Source: an uncultured delta proteobacterium (lineage in GTDB: Bacteria; Myxococcota_A; Polyangia; Palsa-1104). Taken from it: a stretch of DNA of 64,000 nt. Of this stretch, positions 9,322 through 19,464 are shown piece after piece. The translations under genes and the position numbers were made by a program. The stretch covers positions 32,001 through 96,000 of the forward strand of contig CAWAWS010000004.1 of assembly GCA_963785725.1 (NCBI GenBank), written 5' to 3'. The notes beneath the pieces were generated by a model. It did not search any database and had not been told where the DNA came from. It was given only the letters and a program-made list of their open reading frames with translations. Position 1 is the stretch's first letter. Each line of letters opens with the position of its first letter.

Positions 9322-10589
9322 GGCTTCAGCTCCATCAGTAGGGTTTCGATCTCGGCCACCTTTGCGTCCCAGCTTTCGTGCGCCATCGCGTTCGATCGCG
9401 CGCGGTCGGGGCCGGATCCCGCGGCCAGCGCCTCGCCGACGCGGGTGACGAACGCATCGGCTCCGTCGGCGAGGTAGACCCCGTAGTCGGCGACGGCGAC
9501 CGCCTCGGGGATATCGGTCGAGACCACCGGCAAACCGGCGGCCAAATATTCGCGTAGCTTGAGCGGATTGGCGTTCTCGGTGAGCGCGTTCTTCACGAAG
9601 GGCAGGAGCGCGACGTCGAACGCTTTGCAATAGCCGGGCAGCGACGCATACGGCTTGCGGCCGACGAAGTGCACGTTCGCCTTGGCCTTCAGCTTCTCGA
9701 TGCCCGCTTTGTCGGCGTTGTTGTGCTCGCCGACGATGATGACGCTGCCGTGCGGATAGGCGTCGGCCACCTTGGCCATCGCCTCCAAGTCGACCCACTC
9801 GGCGACGAGCCCGTAGAAGCCGAAGCGCGGCCGCGGCAAATCTTTGACGTCGGCCGGAATCTCCGTCCCCGAGTCGAGCGCCTTGGCGAAGTGGTGCTGC
9901 TCGACGCCGTGACGAATCAGGTGCGTATTGCCGTTGAGCTTCGCCTTCGACTGCTGCAGCGGCGTCGAGCAGGTGATGACGAGGTCGCTCTTGCCGATCA
10001 GCTCCGCTTCCAGCTTCGCGATGTCGTCGCCGGCGCCGGCGAACTGCGCGTACTCGTCGACGCAGTGGTAGACCACGTGCCGGCAGCCGAGCGAGCGCGC
10101 CACCCACGCCGACGCGGGCACGAACGTGTACAACAGCGGATCGTCGAAGCCGAGCGCCCGCATCGCGCCGCGCACGGTCAGGCCGACGGTGATCTCGTTG
10201 ATCGCGCGCGCCCAGCGCGCCTGATAGTTCGGCACCGCCAGCGGCGTAATCGTGTAGATGTTCTCGGCCACTTTGACCGGGCCCGCCGTCAATTGCCCGG
10301 CGAACTTCTTCAGCTTGTCGAAGATGCGGCCGAGATCGCGCGCCGTCGCCCGCGGCGCGCGGTTGCCGAGCGAGTTCACCCACAAGACGCGGTTGTGCTT
10401 CGCCAGCCGCGTCATGACGTGCTTCTTCGACAGCGGATCGCCCGACCAATCGTTGGCGAAGCAGACGATGTCGCGCCCGACCAGATGCGGCTGGCGCGCG
10501 TTCGCCGACGATTGTGCGGTCGCGCTGAGTAATTGTGCGTCCGCATCAAGCAGTTGTGCGTTTGCACCATGAGCCGCTGCAGTCGACAT
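9318..10589 (-). CDS. Glycosyltransferase (GT4-like)
   Basis: VYHCVDEY, HGVE, FDVALLPF, NPLKLREYLAAGLPVVST. Confidence 0.9.
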   Translation of the reverse strand: MSTAAAHGANAQLLDADAQLLSATAQSSANARQPHLVGRDIVCFANDWSGDPLSKKHVMTRLAKHNRVLWVNSLGNRAPRATARDLGRIFDKLKKFAGQLTAGPVKVAENIYTITPLAVPNYQARWARAINEITVGLTVRGAMRALGFDDPLLYTFVPASAWVARSLGCRHVVYHCVDEYAQFAGAGDDIAKLEAELIGKSDLVITCSTPLQQSKAKLNGNTHLIRHGVEQHHFAKALDSGTEIPADVKDLPRPRFGFYGLVAEWVDLEAMAKVADAYPHGSVIIVGEHNNADKAGIEKLKAKANVHFVGRKPYASLPGYCKAFDVALLPFVKNALTENANPLKLREYLAAGLPVVSTDIPEAVAVADYGVYLADGADAFVTRVGEALAAGSGPDRARSNAMAHESWDAKVAEIETLLMELKP

Positions 10590-12511
10590 CAGGCGACCTC
10601 CGACAACGGCTCGGGACGCGGGCGCGCCTCGGCGCTGAAGTTGCGATGCCACAGCTCGAGCACGACCAGCGGCCACAGCTCGGCCGACAAGTCGGCGCCC
10701 GCCTGATGGCGATCCCACAGCCGATGCAAGAACGGCGTGTCGAAGCGTTCGTTGGCCAAGGAGCGGCGATCGAAGAGCGCGGCCTCGGCCATGTCGCGCA
10801 TGCCGCCGCGCAGCCACGCCGCCGTCGGCGTGCCGAAGCCCATCTTGGGACGGTCGAGCACCGCTTGCGGCACGCGACCGCGCGCCGCTCGCCGCAAGAG
10901 CGCCTTGCCGACGCCGCCCGCGATCTTCATGTGATCGGGCAGCGCCCACGTGTGCTCCATGAGCTCGTGATCGAGGAAGGGGACGCGCAGCTCGATCGCG
11001 TGCGCCATCGTCATCTTGTCGGCTTTGACCAAGAGATCGTCGGGCAGCCACACTTTGCCGTCGAGATAGAGCATGCGGCGCAACGGCGTCATGCCGCGCG
11101 TCGCTTGCCAGTGCGGCGCGAGCAGCGAATGCAGCACGTCCGAGGCGTCGGAGCCGTGCGCGTGCGGCTTGTAGAGCCGCTCGACCGCGTCGTCGTCGAA
11201 GGCGCGCGAGACGCCGCGATAGCTCGTCTCGAGCGTGCCCGCGCACAGCCGCGCCGCGCGGCGCAGCTTGTCCGACGGCAACTTGGCTCCGAGGCGGCCG
11301 AGCAGCGACAAGGCGGCCGAGCCGGCGCCGAGCCGCGCGCGCAGCTGCTCCATGCGCTGCATCTTGCGGTAGATGGAGTAGCCGCCCATCGCCTCGTCGG
11401 CGCCTTCGCCCGAGAGCACGACGGTGACGTGCTGCTTGGCCGTCTGCGACAGGAAGTAGAGCGGCACGCAGGCGGCATCGGCCACCGGCTCGTCGAGGTG
11501 CCAGACGATCTTGGGCAGCGCGTCGGCCGCCTCTTTCATCGTCACGCGGCGCTCGTGATGCTCGGTGCCGAGCGCGTTCGCGGCCAGGCGCGCGTAGGCC
11601 AGCTCGTCCTCGGATTGCGCGGCGTCTTCGGCGTAGCCGACGCTGAAGGTCTTGAGGGCGCCGCGCGCGTCGGCGGCGCGCAGCATCGACGCCGTGATGA
11701 ACGTCGAGTCGAGCCCGCCGGACAAGAACGCGCCCACCGGTACTTCGGCCATCAGGCGCAGCTCGGTGGCGTGGTCGATGCGCTGCTGCAGCTCGTTGGC
11801 GGCTTCGGCTTCCGTCGGCGGCGTGGCGTCGCGCGTCGCCACGTCCGACAAGTCCCAATAGCGCGACAGCGTCACGTTGCCGCGCTGCCACGTCATCACG
11901 GTCGCCGGCGGCAGCTTCTTGATGCCGCGAAACATCGTCAGCGGCGCCGGCACGTAGCGCAGGGCGAGATAGGCGGCGAGCGCGTCGTCGTCGACGGCGC
12001 CGTCGACCTGCGGCACGGCGAGCAGCGACTTCACCTCGGAGCCGAACACCAAATCGCCGCCGAGCTGCGCGTAATAAATCGGCTTGATGCCCATGCGGTC
12101 GCGGACGAGGACGAGCTTCTTGGCGCGGTCGTCCCAAATGGCGAAGGCGAACATGCCGCGCAGCTTCTTCGGGCAGTCGACGCCCCACTCTTCGTAGGCG
12201 TGGACGATCGCTTCGGTGTCGGAGTGGGTGCGGAACTTATGGCCACGCGCGACCAGCTCGCGGCGCAGCTCGACGTGGTTGTAGATCTCGCCGTTGAACA
12301 CGATCCAGACGGTGTCGTCCTCGTTGGCGAGCGGCTGGCGGCCGCCGGCGAGGTCGATGATGCTCAAGCGGCGATGGCCGAGCCCGACCTGCGTGCGCAG
12401 GTGGTAGCCATGGTCGTCGGGACCGCGATGGGCGATCAGCTCCGTCATGCGGAAAATTTCTGCACGATCGACGGGAGCGGTCTGATTTACGCGGCCGGCA
12501 ATGCCACACAT
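10589..12511 (-). CDS. asnB: Asparagine synthase-family glutamine amidotransferase (copy 1)
   Basis: MCGI, HRGPD, RLSIID, FNGEIYN, LSGGLDS, LSGEGADE, RVPFLD. Confidence 0.95.
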   Translation of the reverse strand: MCGIAGRVNQTAPVDRAEIFRMTELIAHRGPDDHGYHLRTQVGLGHRRLSIIDLAGGRQPLANEDDTVWIVFNGEIYNHVELRRELVARGHKFRTHSDTEAIVHAYEEWGVDCPKKLRGMFAFAIWDDRAKKLVLVRDRMGIKPIYYAQLGGDLVFGSEVKSLLAVPQVDGAVDDDALAAYLALRYVPAPLTMFRGIKKLPPATVMTWQRGNVTLSRYWDLSDVATRDATPPTEAEAANELQQRIDHATELRLMAEVPVGAFLSGGLDSTFITASMLRAADARGALKTFSVGYAEDAAQSEDELAYARLAANALGTEHHERRVTMKEAADALPKIVWHLDEPVADAACVPLYFLSQTAKQHVTVVLSGEGADEAMGGYSIYRKMQRMEQLRARLGAGSAALSLLGRLGAKLPSDKLRRAARLCAGTLETSYRGVSRAFDDDAVERLYKPHAHGSDASDVLHSLLAPHWQATRGMTPLRRMLYLDGKVWLPDDLLVKADKMTMAHAIELRVPFLDHELMEHTWALPDHMKIAGGVGKALLRRAARGRVPQAVLDRPKMGFGTPTAAWLRGGMRDMAEAALFDRRSLANERFDTPFLHRLWDRHQAGADLSAELWPLVVLELWHRNFSAEARPRPEPLSEVA

Positions 12512-12577
12512 TGCGGGTCTCCTTGGCGAAGCACGAGGCTCACCGGGTCACCAACGACACCGTGCGAGCGATACTGG

Positions 12578-13621
12578 TTAGCGTGCTGTTGCGAGAGACG
12601 TGCCGTTCGTGACGGCCGCGCCCATGTGGCGATAGAGGTCGAGCAGCTCGGGTAAGCAGTCCAGCTGAGGCATGAATTCAGGCAAACGCTTGTCGACGGC
12701 GAGGAAGATTTGTTCCGCGCACGCGGACGAATCGCCGGCCGGGAAACCCAAGATGCCGGCCGGTCGCGCGCCGACCAGCGAGGCGACGACCGGTCGGTGG
12801 AGGGCCAAGGCCTCGCGCACGCTGATGGCGTCGCCGTCGGCGAGCGTCGGGCGCACGAAGACGTCGGCGGCGGCGGCCACGGCCAAGGCGCGCTCGCGCG
12901 GCAACTCGCCCAAGTGGTGCACGCGGCCGGCGAGCCCGCGGGCCTGCACGGCGGCGACGAGGGCGGGCGCGCGCGTACCCGGCCCGTACACGACGAGTCC
13001 GGCGTCCGGGCGCTTCTTGCACACCAGCGCGAAGGCGTCGAGCAGGCAGTCGGCGCCGTATTCGACGCCGTGCGCGAGCATGCAGGCCACGAGCAGCGAA
13101 TGGGCGCGCCGCAGCTGCGTCAGCCCCGACGGCGGCAGGCGAAAGCTCAGCGACGAAGGCGTAAACGCCGCGCAGAGGCTGAGGTGGTCGGCGGCGACGC
13201 CGGCGGCGACGAGCGCGGCGGCGATCTCGGCGTTGACGGCGATGACGCGCGTGTACAGCCGACAGATGTAGCGCGTCCACGTCGCATGGGCGCGGATGAA
13301 GTCGGGCGCCAGCCCCGAGTGCAGCGTCAACAGCGACGGGCCGAGGTGGCCGGCGGCGCAGAGCGCGGCCAGCGTCCAGCTGCCGCGGTTGTGCCCGTTT
13401 GTGTGCACGTGGATGAGGTCGCGGCGCAGGCGCGCGCGCGCCAGCTTGGCGAGCAGGCGCGGGCGGCCGTCGCGACCGTCGGGGCCACGGCGGCGCGGAT
13501 CGACGATCTCGGCCGGCAACCCGGCCGCTTCCAACGCGCGTGCGAGCTCGAGGCAGTGCGTGGCGACGCCGCCGGCGGGCGGCGGCAGCGCGCCGACGAT
13601 GAGCGCGGCCGTCGCGGTCAC
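12578..13621 (-). CDS. Glycosyltransferase family 4
   Basis: PPPAGGVATH, ADVFVRPTLADGDAISVREAL. Confidence 0.85.
   Translation of the reverse strand: MTATAALIVGALPPPAGGVATHCLELARALEAAGLPAEIVDPRRRGPDGRDGRPRLLAKLARARLRRDLIHVHTNGHNRGSWTLAALCAAGHLGPSLLTLHSGLAPDFIRAHATWTRYICRLYTRVIAVNAEIAAALVAAGVAADHLSLCAAFTPSSLSFRLPPSGLTQLRRAHSLLVACMLAHGVEYGADCLLDAFALVCKKRPDAGLVVYGPGTRAPALVAAVQARGLAGRVHHLGELPRERALAVAAAADVFVRPTLADGDAISVREALALHRPVVASLVGARPAGILGFPAGDSSACAEQIFLAVDKRLPEFMPQLDCLPELLDLYRHMGAAVTNGTSLATAR
12590..12605 (-). promoter_or_regulatory. Candidate internal sigma-54 promoter for asnB copy 1
   Basis: CGGCACGTCTCTCGCA. Confidence 0.5.
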
Positions 13622-14886
13622 GCCGATGACATATCGGCCGAGGCGTAGGGCCGATCGTGCGCGCCGACGAGCGAGTCATACAGCGACACGACCGTGCGGC
13701 ACATCTTCTCCAGCGAATACTGCGCCTCGACGTGCTGGCGACCGCGCAAGCCCATGACGTGACCGGCGAGCGGATTGCCGAGCGCGCGCGCGATGGCGTC
13801 GGCCAGCTCCGCCGGCTTTCGCGGCTCGACGAGGAAGCCGTGCACGCCGTCGGTCATGACCTCGGGGATGCCGCCGACGCGCGTGGCGACGACGGGCCGC
13901 GCCGCGCACATCGCCTCCAAGACGGCGTTGGGGAAGCCTTCGGACCACGACGGATGCACGACCAAGTCGGCGCGCGACAGGATGCTGGGCACGTCGTCGC
14001 GGCGGCCGATGAAGACGACGTCGTCGCCGAGGCCGAGCGTGCGCGTTTGCGCTTCCAGCGCCGGCCGGCACACGCCGTCGGACACGAGGATCCACTGCGC
14101 GCGAATGCCTTTGGACTTGAGCAGCGCCGCCGCCTGCAACAGATCGCCGTGGCCTTTGTCGGGCAGATGCATCGAGCCGACCGTGACGACGCGCGGCAAC
14201 GCCACCGGTGCCGCCGGCAGCAGCGGCTCGGGCGTCTTGAACGCCTGCAGATCGAAGTGCGCCACGTCGATGCCGTTGTGAATGACGTGCATGGCCGCGT
14301 GATCGACGCCCAACTCGCGCTCGGTCTGCTTGGCGACGGCGCTGGCGTTGGCGATGACGACGTCGGCCATCTTGCACGCGAAGCGCAGCGCCTTGCGCTG
14401 CGTCGGGTTGAGCCAATGCGCCAAGTCGCGACGGCTGGCGATGCTCTTGGCGCCCGCCAAACCGGCGGCGGCGACGCCGATCAGGTTCGAGTAGAAGTCG
14501 TGCGCGTGGATGATCTTGATGTTCTCGCGCCGGCACATGAGCGCCATGCGCGCGATTTGGTAGCCGGTGTTGGCCTGTGCCAGCGAGCCGCGCAGCGGGA
14601 ATTCGATGGGCGGCAGCCCGATCTCGACGAGCCGTGGATAGAGCTCGCCGCCCTGCTTGAAGCAGGCGACGAACGGGCGATAGCGCCGGCGGTCGATGCG
14701 GCGCAAGAGCTCGAACAGCTGCCGCTCGGTGCCGCCGACGTTGAGGCAGTCGACGACGTGCAAGACGCCGAGCGGCTGCGCGCCGCCGCTGCCGCCGGCC
14801 ACCTTCGTTTGGTCGTACGTCGCCGAGTGAAACGGATCGTGCGCGCGATGGCGAATCCCCGGCGCATACGAGACGAGGTCACCCAT
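13618..14886 (-). CDS. Glycosyltransferase family 4
   Basis: GGTERQL, IHNGID, PSWSEGFPNAVLEAM, GGIPE. Confidence 0.92.
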   Translation of the reverse strand: MGDLVSYAPGIRHRAHDPFHSATYDQTKVAGGSGGAQPLGVLHVVDCLNVGGTERQLFELLRRIDRRRYRPFVACFKQGGELYPRLVEIGLPPIEFPLRGSLAQANTGYQIARMALMCRRENIKIIHAHDFYSNLIGVAAAGLAGAKSIASRRDLAHWLNPTQRKALRFACKMADVVIANASAVAKQTERELGVDHAAMHVIHNGIDVAHFDLQAFKTPEPLLPAAPVALPRVVTVGSMHLPDKGHGDLLQAAALLKSKGIRAQWILVSDGVCRPALEAQTRTLGLGDDVVFIGRRDDVPSILSRADLVVHPSWSEGFPNAVLEAMCAARPVVATRVGGIPEVMTDGVHGFLVEPRKPAELADAIARALGNPLAGHVMGLRGRQHVEAQYSLEKMCRTVVSLYDSLVGAHDRPYASADMSSA

Positions 14887-16813
14887 GGGCGAGCTCCGGC
14901 TCGGCCGCGCCATCGAGCGCCGGCTGCGACTGATCGAGGAAGCGCCGTGCCCATAATTCGAGCGTCATCAAGCTCCAGATCGAGAGCGCGTGATCGCGCC
15001 GTCCCGTCATGTGCTCATCGACGATGGTGCCGACCGCCTGCGGATCGAGCCAACCGCGTTCACGCATGCGCTTGTCGCTAAGCAATTCCAATGCCGGCTC
15101 ACGCAACGCGCCGCGCAGCCACTTGACGATGGGCACGCCGAAGCCGCGCTTGGGTCGCTTGAGGATGTCGTCGGGCAAGAGGTCGGCGACCGCGCGCTTG
15201 AAGACGTGCTTCTGCGCGCCGTCGGCCGTCAGCTTCAGCGCCGACGGCATCGCGAACACGCGCTCGACCAGCGTGTGATCGAGGAGCGGCGGGCGCGCTT
15301 CGAGCGAATGCGCCATCGTCATGCGATCGACTTTGGTCAGGATATCGAGCGGCAGATAGGTCAGCGTGTCGAGGTAGAGCATCCGGCGCGTCAAGTCGCC
15401 GGGCGCGTGCGCCATGATGGCTTCGCGGTCGCGATGAGCATCGGCCGCGTCGAGCCCGCGCGCCGCCAGCTGCGCCTTGAGCGCGGGCGCGACGAGCCGC
15501 GCCTTGAACGGCTGCTGAAACAGCGACTCGCCGTCGACATAGCGCGCGTGCGCCGGCAGCGCGATGTGGCGCAGATAGCGCTTGCCGGGCGCGCGATCGG
15601 GCAGCTGCGCGGCGCCGAGCGCCAGGATCTTGCGCAGCGGCGCCGGCATCCAGCCGAAGCGGCGCTCCTCGCGCGCCGTCCACGCGTAGCGTTCGTAGCC
15701 GGCGAAGACCTCGTCGCCGCCGTCGCCGGAGAGCACGACTTTGACGTGCTCGGCGGCCAGCTTCGAGACGAGATAGGTCGGCACCGAGCTGACGTCGGCG
15801 AAGGGCTCGTCGAGGAACCAGGTGAGCTTCTCGGTCAGCTCCCAGGCGTCGGGGCGCACGATGAGCTCGTGATGATCGGTCTCGAACTTCTTGGCGATGA
15901 TGCGCGCGTAATCGAGCTCGTTGAAGTCGGCCTCCTCGAAGCCGATGCTGAACGTCTTGGGGCGCGCGCCGAGCTCGTGCATCGTGCCGACGATGGTCGC
16001 CGAGTCGACGCCGCCGGACAGAAAGGCGCCCACGGGCACGTCGGCGATCAGGTGCGACTTGACGGCGTCGCGCACGAGGCCGCGCACTTCGTCGATGGCG
16101 TCGCGCTCGCTGATCCGGCGCTCGGGGATGCTCGCCAAGTCCCAATAGCGGCGAATCGTCAGCTCGCCCTTGCGATAGCGCAGGAGATGGCCCGGCGGCA
16201 GCTTGCGCACGACGTCCAAGATCGACTGATCGGGCGACGTGTGGCCGAACGACAGATAGTGCGAGATCGCCGCCGGTGACACGGTTCGGCGCACGTCGGG
16301 ATGGCACAAGAGTGACTTCAGCTCGCTGCCGAACACGAGGCCGCGCGGCGTGGCGGCGTAATACATGGGCTTGATGCCGAGGCGGTCGCGGGCGATGAGC
16401 AGCGCCTGCTTCTCGCGATCCCACAAGGCGAAGCCGAACATGCCCGACAACTCGTCGACGAGCGTCTCGCCGCGCTCTTCGTAGAGGTGCACGAGCGTCT
16501 CGGTGTCGCTCGTCGTCGTAAAGGTGTGGCCGCGCGCCAAGAGGCCGTGGCGCAGCGCCTGATAGTTGTAGATTTCGCCGTTGAAGACGACGTTGTAGCG
16601 GCCGTCTTCGTTGGCGATGGGCTGCTTGCCGCCGCCGAGATCGATGATCGACAGGCGGCGCATGCCCATCGCGCACTTGCCGTCGTTGTACAGGCCGTTG
16701 TCGTCGGGGCCGCGGTGGATGATGCTGCCGTCCATCGCGTTCAAGGTGCGCTCGACGCTGCGCGGGTCGCCGAGATCACCCGAGGCGGCGACGAAGCCGT
16801 AGATGCCGCACAT
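14879..16813 (-). CDS. asnB: Asparagine synthase-family glutamine amidotransferase (copy 2)
   Basis: MCGI, HRGPD, FNGEIYN, LSGGVDS, LSGDGGDE, KVDRMTMAHSLE. Confidence 0.95.
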   Translation of the reverse strand: MCGIYGFVAASGDLGDPRSVERTLNAMDGSIIHRGPDDNGLYNDGKCAMGMRRLSIIDLGGGKQPIANEDGRYNVVFNGEIYNYQALRHGLLARGHTFTTTSDTETLVHLYEERGETLVDELSGMFGFALWDREKQALLIARDRLGIKPMYYAATPRGLVFGSELKSLLCHPDVRRTVSPAAISHYLSFGHTSPDQSILDVVRKLPPGHLLRYRKGELTIRRYWDLASIPERRISERDAIDEVRGLVRDAVKSHLIADVPVGAFLSGGVDSATIVGTMHELGARPKTFSIGFEEADFNELDYARIIAKKFETDHHELIVRPDAWELTEKLTWFLDEPFADVSSVPTYLVSKLAAEHVKVVLSGDGGDEVFAGYERYAWTAREERRFGWMPAPLRKILALGAAQLPDRAPGKRYLRHIALPAHARYVDGESLFQQPFKARLVAPALKAQLAARGLDAADAHRDREAIMAHAPGDLTRRMLYLDTLTYLPLDILTKVDRMTMAHSLEARPPLLDHTLVERVFAMPSALKLTADGAQKHVFKRAVADLLPDDILKRPKRGFGVPIVKWLRGALREPALELLSDKRMRERGWLDPQAVGTIVDEHMTGRRDHALSIWSLMTLELWARRFLDQSQPALDGAAEPELAHG

Positions 16814-16816
16814 GCG

Positions 16817-18115
16817 CTACCCCCGCCCCGCCAACGCCGGAACCGGCGACATCGCCGCGTAGCGATGGTCGGTGACGACCTCGAGCTGCTTGGCGGCGAC
16901 GATGCTCTCGGCGTCGAGGCGACGAATGACGAAGGCGAAGCTGGCCAAGAGGTAGATCGGCCAGGTCCAGGCGATGCCACCCCAGACGCTGCAGATGACG
17001 AAGCCGACGAGGCCCGCTTGCACGCCGCGCGCGATCGACTGCACGGGGCTGGTGACCTTGCCCGCGTGCAGCGTGCCGAGCGCGGAGGCGCCGAGCACGG
17101 TCAAGAACAGGAGCAGCGCCGGCAGGCCGAGCTCGGAGATGAGCTGAATGTACGTGTTGTGCTCGGAGCGCGCTTCGCCGGCGTCGCCGGGCGCGTACTC
17201 GGGCCACGCGATCATGAAGGCGCCGGCGCCGACGCCGGTCATCGGGCGATCTTTGACCATGTTGACGCCGGTGCGCCAGGCGTCGTAACGGCCGCGGGCC
17301 GAGGCGTCTTCGCCGTAGGCGGTCGCCTCTTGGGTGCGCGTGCTCCACGGGTTGGTCGGCGACATCATGACGAGCGCCGTGAGCACCGCGGCGACGCCGA
17401 GGACGAACGGCGCGCGTCTGACCGAGCGCAGCGCGTAGAAGAGGACGACGACGAGCGCCGCGAACATGCCGGTGCGCGACTGCGTCAACAGAACGCCGTA
17501 GCCGATGGGCGCGATGAGGGCGAGCCAGCCGATCTTGTGCAGGCGCGACGTCGCCGCAGAGGAGGCCGCCAAGACCATGGCCACGCCGATGACGAGGTGG
17601 TAGGCGAGGTCGTTGGGGTTGGCGAAGATGCCGATCCAGCCGGCGCGATCGCCCTCGACGAGGTGCTCGCCGTGCGCGTGCGACCAGGCGGCGCCGACGG
17701 CGGGAATGACCGAGGCGATGGCCAGCACGCGCACCGCCGTCATCAGGCGCGACTCGGAGTCGACCGTGTTGACGACGAGCAGGAAGATGGCGAGGTACTT
17801 GAGGCCGTCGGTGAAGGTGTCGAAGCTGAACTTGGGCCAGAACGACCACGACACCGACAAGCCGACGAGGGCGAACAGCGCCAGGAGCGCCTTGCCTTGC
17901 ACGCCGCCGACGCTGAGCCGGCGGTTGTAGAGCAGCCAGCTGCCGCCGAGCGCCGCCAGCGACAGGCCGGCGGCGATCTTGGCGAAGGCGAAGTCTTCCA
18001 GGCCGTCGAACCAGTTGCCGGGGTTGGCGTAGACGATGAGGATGAAGGCCAGAAGGCCGAAGAAGGCGACGCCGGCGCCGGCGTTGCGCGAACGGGTCAG
18101 GCTGTCAGTACGCAA
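16817..18115 (-). CDS. O-antigen ligase/Wzy-family polymerase (ExoJ-like)
   Basis: Multiple TM helices, GIFANPNDLA, TQSRTG, HNTYIQLISELG; TTG start chosen after GGAGGTGGAG. Confidence 0.85.
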   Translation of the reverse strand: MRTDSLTRSRNAGAGVAFFGLLAFILIVYANPGNWFDGLEDFAFAKIAAGLSLAALGGSWLLYNRRLSVGGVQGKALLALFALVGLSVSWSFWPKFSFDTFTDGLKYLAIFLLVVNTVDSESRLMTAVRVLAIASVIPAVGAAWSHAHGEHLVEGDRAGWIGIFANPNDLAYHLVIGVAMVLAASSAATSRLHKIGWLALIAPIGYGVLLTQSRTGMFAALVVVLFYALRSVRRAPFVLGVAAVLTALVMMSPTNPWSTRTQEATAYGEDASARGRYDAWRTGVNMVKDRPMTGVGAGAFMIAWPEYAPGDAGEARSEHNTYIQLISELGLPALLLFLTVLGASALGTLHAGKVTSPVQSIARGVQAGLVGFVICSVWGGIAWTWPIYLLASFAFVIRRLDAESIVAAKQLEVVTDHRYAAMSPVPALAGRG

Positions 18116-19442
18116 GCTCCACCTCCGTGGGCGGTGAGTTCGAGGTCTCAGCGGCAGTGGCGTCGTCGCTCGACGGCGCGTCATGAGTCGTCGTTTGTCC
18201 GGCCTGTTCCATGGCCCCGTCGACGGGATGGGTCAGGCCGAGCGCGCCGAACAGGTCGTGCAGGTTGGCCGCCGACAGCGACGGCGAGAAGTGTCCGTCG
18301 GGGCCGCGCGCGTGCGCTTCCCACAGGACTTTGCGGCCGATGCGGAAGGGATCGCCGCGACCAGCGTCGTTCGGACAATCGCAGGTCGTGACCGCGCCTT
18401 GGTAGCCGGCGCGCTGCAGCTCGGCGACGAGCGCGGGCGAGTGGTAGCCGTTGCAGTAGGCGAAGTAGCGGCACGGGCGGCCGCTCCAGGCTTGCAGCGC
18501 GGCTTTGCTCGACGCCAGCTGTCGGCGCACTTCCGGCAGCGGCTCGTGCGTGAGGACGACGTGGCCTTCGGTGTGCGCGCCAATCTCCCAGCCGAGGTCG
18601 GCGAGCGCGCGCACTTCGTGCGGCCGCAAGACCGCGGCGCCGTCGTCGAGCGCGGGCGAGCCGAGGCGCGCCTCGAGGGCGGCGATGACGCGCGCGAGCT
18701 CGGCGGCCGTGGCCGCGCGAATCAGCGCCTCGACGGCCGCCGCCGGACCTTCGCCGGCGAGCAGCGGCGCGGCGGTCGCCCACAGCGGCGCCAGCGTCGC
18801 GTCCTCGGTGATGCGGTCGAGCGCGACGCCGTCGCGGCGCGCGGTCCACAAGCCGGCGTAGAGGCGATCGTGCGGCAACAGATGGCCGGCCGGCGAATCG
18901 GCGGCGGCAAAGCCGGTGGGCACGAACACGGCCGCGGGAATCCGCAGCGCCTTCAGGATCGGCGCCGCGCGCAGGAGCACGTCGCGATAGCCGTCGTCGA
19001 AGGTCACGGCGACGGCGTCCTCGGTCAATTCGAGCTCGCCCGCCAGCGCGCCCACGACCGACGACAGCGGCAGGATGACGAAGCGCTCGCGCAGCTGCTC
19101 CATCTGCCGCCGAAAGGTCGGCTCGGTGATGCACAGCGACGGATTGATCGGCCCGTCGCCGTCGATGCGGTCGACGACGCGGTGGTAGCCGAGCACGTGC
19201 ACGCGGGCGCCGGCTGCGAACGTGCGCAGCGTGCGGCCGAGCCCGCCGATGCCGCTCTGCTCGACGGTGGCGGCGAGGCCGAGCTTGACCCAGTCGCGCC
19301 AGCGCCAGACGCCCGCCGCGAATTCGTCATGGCGCTCGCGTGGCGCTGCCGGGGCGCTCGGCGCCGGCGGCTGACGCGGCGCCGTGTGCTCGCGCGCCGT
19401 CTTCAGCGCGGCATCATCCCTACGATGATCGTCGTCGATCAT
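18105..19442 (-). CDS. Polysaccharide deacetylase (ExoL-like)
   Basis: VLGYHRV, VTFDDGY, GAHTEGH, FAYCNG. Confidence 0.9.
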   Translation of the reverse strand: MIDDDHRRDDAALKTAREHTAPRQPPAPSAPAAPRERHDEFAAGVWRWRDWVKLGLAATVEQSGIGGLGRTLRTFAAGARVHVLGYHRVVDRIDGDGPINPSLCITEPTFRRQMEQLRERFVILPLSSVVGALAGELELTEDAVAVTFDDGYRDVLLRAAPILKALRIPAAVFVPTGFAAADSPAGHLLPHDRLYAGLWTARRDGVALDRITEDATLAPLWATAAPLLAGEGPAAAVEALIRAATAAELARVIAALEARLGSPALDDGAAVLRPHEVRALADLGWEIGAHTEGHVVLTHEPLPEVRRQLASSKAALQAWSGRPCRYFAYCNGYHSPALVAELQRAGYQGAVTTCDCPNDAGRGDPFRIGRKVLWEAHARGPDGHFSPSLSAANLHDLFGALGLTHPVDGAMEQAGQTTTHDAPSSDDATAAETSNSPPTEVELAY

Positions 19443-19464
19443 TGTACATGGTCAGGCCCTCGTT

